64,000 nucleotides of DNA, from contig NC_085846.1 of NCBI RefSeq assembly GCF_035594765.1, positions 17,781,190 through 17,845,189 of the forward strand, read 5' to 3'. Shown here piece after piece: positions 53,101-64,000 of this stretch; the stretch's first letter is position 1; every line of letters begins with the position of its first letter. The position numbers were made by a program, and so were the translations under genes. This stretch comes from Anolis carolinensis. Its lineage: Eukaryota. The notes beneath the pieces are model-generated. The model was given only the letters and a program-made list of their open reading frames with translations, searched no databases and had not been told where the DNA came from.

Positions 53101-56100
53101 AAACTCCAAACTATGCACACAAATTCTAATTATTAGGAAAAGTTTCTCAGGTACGGTATAATTGTTTGGCAGTGGCAGACCAGGCATGGACAAACTTAGG
53201 CCCTTTAGGTGACTTTTGGACTTCAACTCCTACAATTCCTGGCCTCAGGCCCCTTAAGTGGCTGAGGGGGAAAAGGAAGGGGCCTGAGGCCAGGAATTGT
53301 AGGAGTTGAAGTCCAAAAGTCACCTGGAGGGCCTAAGTTTGCCCATGCCTGGTTTAGACTGTAAATTAGTGGGTATTCTTGCTCAGATGTTTTGGAGGAA
53401 ATAATCAACCCTCAGCTATCAGAGTTACTGAATCAGTAGTTTGTCCAACAGGGCAGCAAACCTTTAGTCCTTCAGATGTTTTGGATCACCACTCCCATAG
53501 TTCCTAACCATTGGAGCTGATGCGGATTTCAGGGTGAAACATCTGGTGGCCACCATTGATACTAGGTTGGTGTGAATATCTTTTGTGGCGCCCTGTGATT
53601 CTGATTCCTCTGATCGGAGCTTGTAATGGCATTAATATCGTAGTGGTGTTACCCAGTTAAGAAGATTTAGAGGGAAATGAAGAGAACATGAGTTAAAAAT
53701 GTCTCCCCATGATTTTGCTTACACTCTCTTGTTTTCTGTTATAGCATCGCAATTTTGAAGAAAGCCAAGAATCTATGAAGCGACAGCTATCACAGCTCAC
53801 TTTGCTCCTCAGAGTGCTGGATCCCCCACTTTGTGATTTCCTAGGTAGTTGGGGAGATTGTCTGTGGGGTTGGGGAAACCTTATTAAAATTAACGTGGGC
53901 CAACTAAGAAAGATTAAAAAATTGCCAGTTTGGCTATTTTATGGTGAAGTAGAAGTTTGAGTTATGAGTGGATTAATTCTCAGTCTGTGATTATTTGGGG
54001 AGGAGCAGTTTCTTTAGCTTCTCCTTGCCTCAGCCTCCTAGCTGCTTCCCTTTGAAAGTTGAAAATGAACATTAAAATGAAGTTAACTTATTTAGCTAAA
54101 TCCCAGTAAATGCAAACTATGAAAAGGAGAAGTGCCCACTTGCACTTTCCCAACCCCCATCCTGCCTGGCTATTGGTCCTGCTTTCAGAGTTGATGGGAG
54201 CTGGGGGAATGCAGAAGATCTGCACAGCAATAAAACAGTCTTACTGACTTCTGCTTTCTTTTGCTGCTATTATCAGATTCGAAGGAGTCTGGTACTTTGT
54301 GCTTCTGTTTCCGTTGGATCTTGATCTGGTTCAAGAGGGAATTTGCCTTCTCTGAAATACTTCAGCTATGGGAGGTGAGATTGGATTGGAACCTTTGGAA
54401 TGTTCTGAAAGTTGCAAGAGGATTCGTGATTTGAGTGCAGAGTGGGAAAATAATTTGAAGCTTGAAAAGTTTGTGGGGGAAAATTACCTTGAGGTTTCCT
54501 GTACTCATTGGGTTTAGAAATATCTCAGTGGATCTCTTACTTAGATGCATAACATATAGAAAGATTTGATATAGCTTTATGCTAACCTTTTGATCAGAGT
54601 GCTTTGATTAGAAAGGGTACTTTTTTGAGCTGCAGCTCCCAGCGAACATCTTGCTTCAAGATTCTGGAAGCTCTAATCCAAAATGTAACTTTTAAAGAAA
54701 ACAATACACAGAAGAATATTTATTTATAACTTAAAAGTACTATCTGCCCTAGATGAGCCACTGAAACACCTGAGATAGTTTCCATTGGAGCTCCCATATT
54801 TCACTATACAGTATTCCTTCGCTACTTCACAGTTCACTTTTCGCTCCCTCGCTGTTTCGTGGGTTTTCAATTAATATTAATGTACACATTTATCGCAGTA
54901 TTTTTCGCTATTTCTTGGGTTTTTGCTGTGTTTTTTTGGGGGGGGGAGGGAGAAATAAAGGGAGATGAGGGAGGGTAGGGAAGGGTTTTAAATAAAAAAG
55001 GGTTATTTAGCTTCCATTCTTCTTTGTCTGTGTACTGTATATTGTAACTGCTAAAATAAAGTACAGACTGCATTGTAGTAAGTGGTCTGTGGTTTGCTCT
55101 CCTCCACACATAGAATAAATATAGTATCCCTACTTCACGGATTTTCACTTATTGTGGGTGGTCCTGGAACATAACCTCTGCAATAAGTGAGGGAATACAG
55201 TATTGGGTGAGACTGCTGGGAGTTATAGGCCAAAATGCAAAGGATCTCCACGCCTTATGGTTACAAGGATATCCATAGGAAAAAGCACATGCTTCTGAAA
55301 ATAGAAATCTAATTTTATTGTCTCTTTGAAAGAGGGTACACTGTCAATTTCAGCAAAGGGGGGGGGCTTTCCTTTCTTCTGAATGATCTAGTGCCCTACA
55401 ATACTAGTCCCATTGGATGAGTTTATTTCAGGTAACAATTCTCAGAATCCCCCAGCTGGCAAGACCAGTGGTCGCTTTCCTAAGGTCTGATTCTCCAAGA
55501 ATAAAAATGACTGTGATCTGGTTCTGGGACTCAGCATGATTTGAGCAGAGCTTGCAGGTCAAGACTTGGCGTTGTTAGCTAGTAAATATCTGAGATGTTT
55601 TCCATTGTGTGGAGGGATATCAGCCCATAGCAGATTTCTTGGCCTATTACATGGTTTGAGTCCAGGTTACCTACAGGATCATTTCCCACACAATCCGCCC
55701 TTTAGGACACTTAGATCCTCTGACGGACGCTTGCTCCAACCAGCCAGAATCTCACTGGTGACTGTCACCAAGAGGACATTTTTATTGGCTGCCCCACGAC
55801 TGTGGAAGTACCTGCTGGAAGAGATCTGACAGCTAAATTAGCTGTTGGAATTCAAGACTCAAACGAACACCCTTCTCTTCCGGCAGGCCTACCTAGTCAG
55901 CTTTGAATGCACGCTATTGTCGCTATATGTTGATTTTTGTACTCTGTGTTTGTTGTAGGGTTTTTAAAAATATTGGTATGTTTTGATCTATGTATTTTAT
56001 TGTATGTATTTTATGTTTTGACTTTGCTGTTCCACGCCTTGAGAAGTTAGTAAAATGTATTATATTGTTATAAGCATTATTATTATTAGGAATCCAGACA

Positions 56101-59100
56101 CTTAAGCTGAGGTAGTTGCAGACATAGCAGAAGGGTACATTGAACTCTGGCCTTGTTGTGCTACACAATATTCTGTGCTGTTAAGTTGAGTTTCTTTTCC
56201 CCTCCATTCCAGGTGCTCTGGACAGGATTGCCTTGCCCCAACTTCCACCTTCTGGTGGCCTGTGGCATTCTGGATGCAGAGAGGCAGGCTCTGATGAACT
56301 CTGGCTTTGGCTTCAGCGAAATCCTCAAGGTGAGGCCTGGGGAGCTCTCACCCCTCGCTTGCTTGTGTATGTGTTTGTGCTTGCGCTCTGCTTAGTGGAC
56401 AAAGGCAAGTGCATTTGCACTTTCACCTTGTTATAATAAGAATAGCCAAGTTTGTAGTTCTCTCAGGTTTATATACCAGGTCTTCTGAAAATGCATGGTT
56501 GCTATTTTCTGTGAAGCAAAAATAGAAAAGGGTCTGCCCTTCCTCCATCTTTTCTAACCCTCTTCTCATAATTTTTTTGTCTATGGCTCTTTGCGGCTGT
56601 ATCCAATTTCCCTTTGAGCTACACTATCCTGTCCTCTGCTGGTGTGTGGAATTTCTGCTGAATGCTTCGAAAGCTGATCTGGCCCAGTATCTATCAGTTT
56701 GATCAGCATGCCATGTTAGTTTTTCCCAACACAAATATCAATCCTTACCTCCAAATCCTCTGGTCCTGCCATATCTATTTGTCCTTTCTAAGATTCAGTC
56801 AGCACATTTTACAAAAATGTTCCAACTTGCAGCGCTTGCATTTTGTAAAAACAACATTATGACTTGAAATTACATTGCAGAATTACATCAGCCATCTTTT
56901 TTCCAATTCTGTTATTTTATCTCAACTTTTATCACTGCTTTTTGAATATACAGTAGAGTCTCACTTATCCAACACTCGCTTATCCAACGTTCTAGATCAG
57001 GGGTCCCCAAACTAAGGCCCGGGGGCTGGATGTGGCCCTCCAAGGCCATTGACCTGGCCCCCGCCCTAGTTTTAGACTTAAGCTTGCCCAAAGTCTGAAA
57101 TGACTTGAAGGCACAACAACAATCCTACTTGATTATCTCATTGGCCAGAAGTGGGCCCACACTTCCCACTGAAATCCTGATAAGTTTACAGTATGTTGGT
57201 TAAAATTATTTTTATTTTTAAATATTGTATTTTTTTTCATTTACCAATATTGTAAATGAATGAAATGGTAATAATATAATATATTGTAATAAAAATATTG
57301 TGTATATCTATAATATTGATAATAAATATTTTAATGTAATACAATACAATATAATATTTATTTATGTATTTATTTATTAATTACAGTATTTCTACCCTGC
57401 CCTTCTCACCCAATAGGGGACTCAGGGCGGCTAATAATAATAATACAATATAATAATATTGTATAATATAATAATAATATTTGTATAATATAACAATAAT
57501 ATTAATTATATATTATATATTAAATGTAATATTACTAATAATATTACGGTATAATGGTATAGTACAATATAGTAATATATAATGCTAATACTGTGCTATG
57601 CTAATAATATAATATATTGTATGTACATACAATTTGTAAGCTGCTCTGAGTCCCCTTCGGGGTGAGAGAGGGTGGGGTATAAATGTAATACATAAATAAA
57701 TAAGTAATTGTTGCTGGGTTTTTTTTTTTTGCACTACAAATAAGACATGTGCAGTGATCATAGGAATTTGTTCATTTTTTTCAAATGATAATTTGGCCCC
57801 TCAACAATCTGAGGGACCATGAATCGGCCCTCCACTTAAAAAGTTTGAGGACCCCTGTTCTAGATTATCCAACACATTTTTGTAGTCAATGTTTTCAATA
57901 CATCTTGATATTTTGGTGCTAAATTCGTAAATACAGTAATTACTACATAGCATTACTGCGTATTGAACTACTTTTTCTGTCAAATTTGTTGTATAACATG
58001 TTTTGGTGCTTAATTTGTAAAATCATAACCTAATTTGATGTTTAATAGGCTTTTCCTTAATCCCTCCTTATTATCCAACATATTCGCTTATCCAATATTC
58101 TGCTGGCCCGTTTATGTTGGATAAGTGAGACTTTACTGTACAAATAATTAATAGTGTTATTAAATCTCATGTTTAACGTTGTTTCTTAACTCTACTTTTA
58201 ATAATGGTATCTTAGTGCCTAAGCTTATGTTTTATTTACCTTTTACTGGTTGTTCTAATGCTAATCATTGACTGAAATAAAATATTCATTCACCCCCTCC
58301 CCAATTCCCCATTAAAACATCTATACAGTAGAGTTTCACTTATTCAAGCTAAACGGGCCGGCAGAAGCTTGGATAAGCGAATATCTTGCATAATAAGGAG
58401 GGATTAAGGAAAAGCCTATTAAACATCAAATTAGGTTATGATTTTACAAATTAAGCACCAAAACATCATGTTATACAACAAATTTGACAGAAAAAGTAGT
58501 TCAATATGCAGTAATGTTATGTTGTAATTACTGTATTTTATGAATTTAGCACCAAAATATCATGATATATTGAAAACATTGACTACAAAAATGGCTTGGA
58601 TAATCCAGAGGCTTGGACAAGCGAGGCTTGGATAAGTGAGACTACTGTATTTCTGTTTTTCATTTCCTGCATATTTATTTTCTCAACCCTATTTTCTTTC
58701 CCTTTTTTATTTTCCTGATTAACGATTTGAGTTTCTCATTGGCTTTGTTGGTCTTCTCACAGCATATTAATGAGCTGACAATGAAGATGAGTGTGGAAGA
58801 CATCTTGTGTCGAGCTGAGGCAATCTACAGACAGCTGGCAACTACTCCTGTGAGTTTCCTCCAGCACAGTATGGCGTCTCTGTTGTCTTGGCATTCTTTG
58901 GGGAGACGTAGAGTCTCTGCACACTCTTATGCCAGGCAAATTGGGTGAGCAGACAGCTCTCTATCTCATTGGTAAAAGCAAAATATATAACATAATAGTT
59001 AACAAATAGTCAAGCCTCAGGTAACTATGGTCTAGTTGCGAACCTAATGCCCCGCAGATATGGGGGTCTTACTGTATCGTCTTGATTACCAGTGGCTCTC

Positions 59101-59837
59101 CAGGGGTTACCTCCCCCCTCACACTCTTCTTAATCCTTCAAATGAACTTTTTGGTGTCTGCTTCAGACTTTGGAACTCCCTCCCAAGAGAGGTCAGGATG
59201 GCCTCATCCCTGCTTGCGTTTCGCGGGCAGGTGAAAACAAACTTCTGTCATCAGGCATTTAGGGGATGCTGAGAATGGCAGTTGGTGGGGATATTTAGTT
59301 TTAAATATAATTTTAATTGTATGAATATTTTAAATGTATTTTGAGTGTATTTTGTATTTATGACACAAATATGTAAATTTTTAACTTTTGTATTTGCCAT
59401 GTTTTAAATTTATTGGGTTGTTGTCATGTTATTGAGTCTCCATGGGGAGAAAGGCAGGGTAAAAATCAAATCAAATGAATAATGAACTTGATGCTGAGAC
59501 CTTCTATAATGTATAATGTGTTTCAGCATTCATGGGTCATCAAAGTGAGTATGAGATGGGACCGTATAGTGGAGATGTGATATTACAACTTTATATACTT
59601 AAATTCTCTTGTTTCCCTCCCCAGGACCTTCCCCGCAATGTTCAGGAACTGCTGGGCCTCTCGGAGGGCAAATCCCCGACCCCCAGCACAGACACGGCTA
59701 GCTCCCCACAGCCGCTGTCTCCCAGCCAGGCCCAGGAGATGGAACTGACGGACAGTGTTTCTCCCAGCCTGCCGGACAGCAGCATCGAAATCTTGCCTAC
59801 CGAGGACGCCTCCACTTCTCAATCACTTACTCCTTGA
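38165..59837 (+). CDS. TBC1D17: TBC1 domain family member 17 (Rab-GAP), about 652 aa
   Basis: 17 exons: 38165-38185, 39572-39670, 41247-41321, 43482-43593, 44134-44347, 45062-45173, 45761-45925, 47503-47631, 47744-47847, 47970-48064, 51875-51991, 52778-52878, 53745-53844, 54277-54374, 56213-56329, 58763-58849, 59625-59837 (1959 nt, open). R-finger IERDVSRTD, Q-finger YVQGMSD, LIR-like GFEVI, FDPGYEPDWAVISTV; head-to-head with AKT1S1 as in human. Confidence 0.96.
40651..40994. mobile_element. Non-autonomous hAT transposon
   Basis: TIR CAGAGCTTCTTAAA / TTTAAGAAGCAGTG, TSD TTCTAGAT/TTCTAGGT. Confidence 0.7.
41975..42345 (-). mobile_element. RTE/BovB LINE 3' fragment
   Basis: Translates GCESWTIKKADKKKIVSFEMWCWRRILRIWTAKKTN, typical of the BovB ORF C-terminal region. 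Confidence 0.75.
55640..55900 (+). mobile_element. L2/CR1-clade LINE 3' fragment
   Basis: Translates ..LHGLSPGYLQDH..RTLRSS..AAPRLW.., typical of the L2 ORF2 end; similar piece near 59165-59480. Confidence 0.6.
56951..58647. mobile_element. Two inverted Tigger/pogo-like MITEs (56951-58138 and 58326-58647)
   Basis: Same TIR, TA targets; the first is split by a hAT insertion. Confidence 0.8.
56998..57857. mobile_element. Non-autonomous hAT transposon nested in a Tigger-like MITE
   Basis: Same family as 13990-14664; perfect TSD TTCTAGAT. Confidence 0.85.
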
Positions 59838-61001
59838 GAACCTCCCATTGTTGCCACTGTCTTCTTAACACAAGCACTTTAACCAGGGCAGGGTGGGGGC
59901 TGGGAATAAGGCAAGGTTGGTATGGGAGTAGAGGTATTGTGTATTCCCCGGAGTTCAGGTAGCTGTAGGAACAGTCAACACTCACTGAGGGTAAATAGAG
60001 CTGGAAGTAGCTGTCTTTCCCCTCCATTCCTGCGTTTCATCCCTTACTCCCATCCCAAGTGGCCTCCAAGGACCCCCAGTGTTTGGTGTGCATTGTGTGC
60101 CTTTCCCATAATGCACTGGGGTATGGCCATCTCTCTAAGAACAGTCTGATTTGGTATAGAGTTCACCTTCTTGTCCTCAGATGTGCAGAGAAGGTGGAAA
60201 GGAGCAAGTGAATGGTTGCCATGCTTTTTTCCTTTTCTACACTAGCTTCCTCACTCCTTAGATCAGGCCCGCACAACCAGCAGCCCTCCAGCTGTTTGGG
60301 TCTCTAACTCCCAAAAACCCTAGCTAGCTTGTCCAATGGTCAGGAATTCTGGGAGTTGGAATCCAGAACACCTGGAGGGCCACAGGTTGTGCAGGCCTGC
60401 CTTGGTTTCTACCTTTGGCTTCCACTGCCTGCTATATGATGCTCCCATTTCACTTCCCTCTGCAGTTTTCAGGCTCCACTGCTGAGCTTGAGACTGATGG
60501 TGACATCTTTTCTCTCCAGGTCGCTGAGGAAGCTTTTCTCTCCGGCCGTGGAAGTTAAGATACAGAGGTCGTTTGGTAAAGAGAAATAAGGGAGAATAGA
60601 TTTGGAGCATTTTTGTGAGCAGAAAGCTTGCCAGTGGGAGGCAGTCAGGTTCTCTCCAAAAGAAACATGGCATCAGAGGAAACAGCAGTTGAAGCTGGAA
60701 GGCAAAGCTCTTAGGTCCTTTGGTTCGTTGCCAGGGAATTCCTGTTGACGTAGCTCGTTGTGCTTCCCTCCCTTGGCCAGAGGATCGTCTCCCTTCCAGC
60801 TTGCCGCATTCCTCTTAGTGGATGGTTTTGAACTGACAGCCCATAGATATGAAGGGGAAAGATGTCAGACTCTTCTGTGGTGCCTTTCCAGCTTAGGGCG
60901 CATGTAGATTTGATTACTTATGTGCCTATGGGCACATCTCACAATCGAACTGCCTGCTTGCCAGCCCTTACTTTGGCTTCTTTGTTTCCTTCATAACGTA
61001 T

Positions 61002-61007
61002 ATTAAA
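61002..61007 (+). terminator. Probable TBC1D17 polyadenylation signal
   Basis: ATTAAA followed by a GT-rich tract (61014-61045). Confidence 0.5.
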
Positions 61008-62734
61008 AATGTAGTGTCAATTGTTTGGCTGTGGGTTGTTTTTGGATGGAAAACTGCTCACTTTGAGCTATTTGCTTTGGCCTGGTGGAGCTTGAAGATG
61101 GGAAAAGCAAAAGGGGAGTGCTTGGAAGCCCATAGCACAGCATTCTGTTCAGAAAAAGCAAATTCCTGCTGCCCATACAAAGTTCTCCTTTTTTGTCTGC
61201 ACTGCATGCACAATTTAAACTAGCTCAATCTATGGATTTTCCTAAGGCCATTTTGGATAGCATGAGGTACTGCTTTTCTTTCCAGAACTAGATTTCCCAG
61301 TGTTCCCAAGGAGGAAGAGATTGTAATTACCTTATGTTTGGCATATATCTTTTACTTAGGAAATGAATGTCCTGTAGATTCACCATGTAACATAACAGAT
61401 TAGGTGAATGTTTCCAAATATTCTCAGAATGCTGCTTTCTCCATTCCTTCATACAAGTCATCTGGCACTGAACACCCAGAATAGTATGTAAGATTGTGTT
61501 TTAAGAACTGGAGCTGGAATAGCAAACAAATACACCCCTGATTTCAAAGGTTTCTTTGTTTTCAGTAACCTTATTAAGGTGGTGAGGCTTTGTCTCTGTA
61601 GTTAACCACTGGGAATAAGAAATCATTGCTGATTGTACTGTAAATCACATGGAGACCTATCAATAGATCCTAATCTCTTCCCACTCAGCATGTGAGGAAG
61701 TAAACTGTTGGATTCAGGATAAGTAACTATCTGCTCTTTCACATGATGATTGAGAAATGAGTTTGGAAGATGAACTCACCCAACCCAACGTTTTCAAAGA
61801 CACGTTCTCAAGCAGGTCAGCCACTACCTGAGCTGAGTAAATGCTCAGACTACATATGTGCCTCCTGGAGTCACTGCTTTGACCCAATGTCAATGGATCA
61901 ATTCAAGGGTTCCTGTAAGAAAACGGCATGCTTGAAGCCTGAACACCATTTGCTCTTTTCTGATAAGCACAAAGTTTCCCCCGCAGACTTGCTTGGAGAT
62001 GGTAAATTGGACACATTCACATGTCAGAATTATAGCTGTGTTATTCCACGTTTAATTGCATGGTTCCATCCTATGAGATCCTGGGATTTATAGTTTGGAA
62101 GGCACTAGAGAACTATAAATGCCTCTTTTTGAAGTTCCAGAATTTACTAGGACAGAATTGACAGTTAAAGCAGAAACATCTTGATATAATTTTCTAGTGT
62201 GAATAGGCCCCTGAGCTGTAGTACTACTCTACTAAGTATGTGGTCTTTGCTTAAGTGAATTCATAGCCCTGTTGTATTAAATGTTAATACTTACCAATTG
62301 CTATATTCTGTTTCCTATGACTGGTTTCTTGAATTGGAAAAGAGTTAAGGATCCAAGACTGCTGGGACCAGCAAGAGTGTGATACATTTCTGATCATGTA
62401 AGTGAGAGCTGAGAATCCTTCAATTCTTTAGATGTCGTTCCCATTGTTCCTCACCATTGGTCATTCTGGCTGGGGCTGCTGGGACTTGCGATCCAACATA
62501 ATCACAACAACATTGTATTTTCTTCTTAGATGTGAGGAAAGGGACCAAGTTTGGAGCACATGCCTTCACCCTGATAAGGTATGCTAGGACTTTGAGGGCG
62601 AATAGTCCAGAAAGTTGCTAAAAAGGTGGAATGGGATTGGTGGTGATGAATCATGATAAAAGTATAGTGCCATGTGATATGGCAAGTTATGATTGTGTAA
62701 GTCAACGTCAATACCCTAAATGCATTAGATCCCA

Positions 62735-62908
62735 TTGAAGCTAAGCAGAGTCAGCTCTGGTTAGAACTTGGTTGGTAGACCGCCAGGAACTGTAGACAAT
62801 ATTTCAGAGGAGGAAACTAGGAAAAGTTCCTCTAAGTATTCATTGCCTTAGAAAATGATGCAAAATCCATGTGGTTGCCATAAGTCGACGGGCAACTTGA
62901 AGGCACAA
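62735..62908 (+). mobile_element. 5S rRNA-derived SINE
   Basis: Head GAAGCTAAGCAGAGTCAGCTCTGGTTAG..AGACCGCC matches the 5S internal promoter region, joined to a SINE tail; minus-strand 5S-like fragments at about 4470-4535 and 44048-44085. Confidence 0.6.
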
Positions 62909-64000
62909 ACGTGTTGCAGAGAGAGTACAAGTGTTGGCTGCACATACTCTTTATTTTTTACGTGTGTTTCTTTTAAATGCACCAATGTGATTGAAGGGTA
63001 ATAGCTGCAAGAATTTCCCTTTTGTAGTCTCTGCAGCAGAGGAGAAGAAGAGACCTCTGCAGTGAATGCAGCATTGCTTTCTGCCTCTACTCTCTTGATC
63101 CCTCTTTCCTTTCTCTCCCGCTGCCAACCTCCCCCCCATCCGCCAGTGCTGCAGGAAAGTAATGCAGGGAAGTGGTGATGCAGTACTAACTGGCAATTCA
63201 CGCAGTATCGAGAAGCCTGGCAATTTGCCTTGTGCTTCTGTGCCCTTTTTTCTCTCCTGCTTGCTTAAGAATCTAGCAGAATTAGGGAGTCTGGGAAGTC
63301 AAATGTCAAAAAGTAGGGCTAGATATGGGAATAAGAAGAGCCCCAGTGTGCAGCTCTGCAGAAAAAGGGTGCTGTTTCTTTGGGCTTCTTTGCCTGTCTT
63401 CGGTACATTCATAAAACTGCCACTGGCAAGCAAGTTTCATTCAATAAAGGGAGAGGAGAGGGAGATACAGCCGCAGTGTTGGAGAAGGAGGCCAGAAAGG
63501 GTGAAGAGGAAAAAGCCTGCCTTCTCCAGAAAGCAGCCTTGGGGATTTGTACCAAAAAAGCACTCCTCTGTCCAGTTTCCTAATATCTCCCTTTCATATA
63601 TTATTTAGACATACCTCCCAACATTTAGCAGATAAGAACTAGGACACTTGTGGCCAAATAATAGCACTGTATGGTCAAAATGGCAAAAGTTATTATTGAG
63701 GAATAACAAGATAGAAAAGGTTGCAGTAGTCTGCTTTTGCCTGAGCCTACTGGGAAAGACCAATCTCCTTTTCTCTATATACTTTATTTAAATTCCACTC
63801 TGTCTCTCCAAGGAGACACGGAGTGGATTACAGAATACATATATGGCAAACATTCAATGCCATTAAACAAGTAACAACAAAGACAGAGGCAAGGCTTCCC
63901 ACTTTTTCATCTCTAGCATCTAGAGGCTTGACTTGGCCATGGGGAGGTGCTGTTGTTCCATTTTCCACACCGAGGAGGCTGTTGTCCATGGATGCCTTCC

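Noticed and set aside
62848-63608. ORFs at the window end; possible IL4I1 or NUP62 expected from human synteny
   Set aside because: No recognisable similarity; a minus-strand AATAAA near 62950 could belong to a neighbouring 3'UTR but is unsupported.

Overview
Vertebrate genomic DNA, most likely a squamate (Anolis-type lizard, judged from Sauria SINE, Vingi, R4/Dong, BovB, Penelope-like and hAT/Tigger/Harbinger MITE content). Gene order: last exon and 3'UTR of PRMT1 (+); an intact spliced POLR2L/RPB10 gene (-); a 7-coding-exon TSPAN4/TSPAN9-family tetraspanin (+); AKT1S1/PRAS40 (-); complete 17-exon TBC1D17 (+). All exon chains were rebuilt by hand with GT-AG junctions and consistent phases. 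The most notable feature is a head-to-head POLR2L + TSPAN4-like pair inside the PRMT1/AKT1S1/TBC1D17 block (human 19q13.33), whereas the human pair is at 11p15.5. This suggests retained whole-genome-duplication paralogues, possibly including a second RNA polymerase RPB10 subunit. Other observations: a 2-kb solo LTR with an intact promoter between the two genes, X-box motifs formed at the ends of a MITE, decayed hammerhead ribozyme cores in Penelope-like repeats, fold-back template-switch scars, and a Helitron between the AKT1S1 and TBC1D17 promoters. Family names and comparisons with human proteins are from memory, not database searches.
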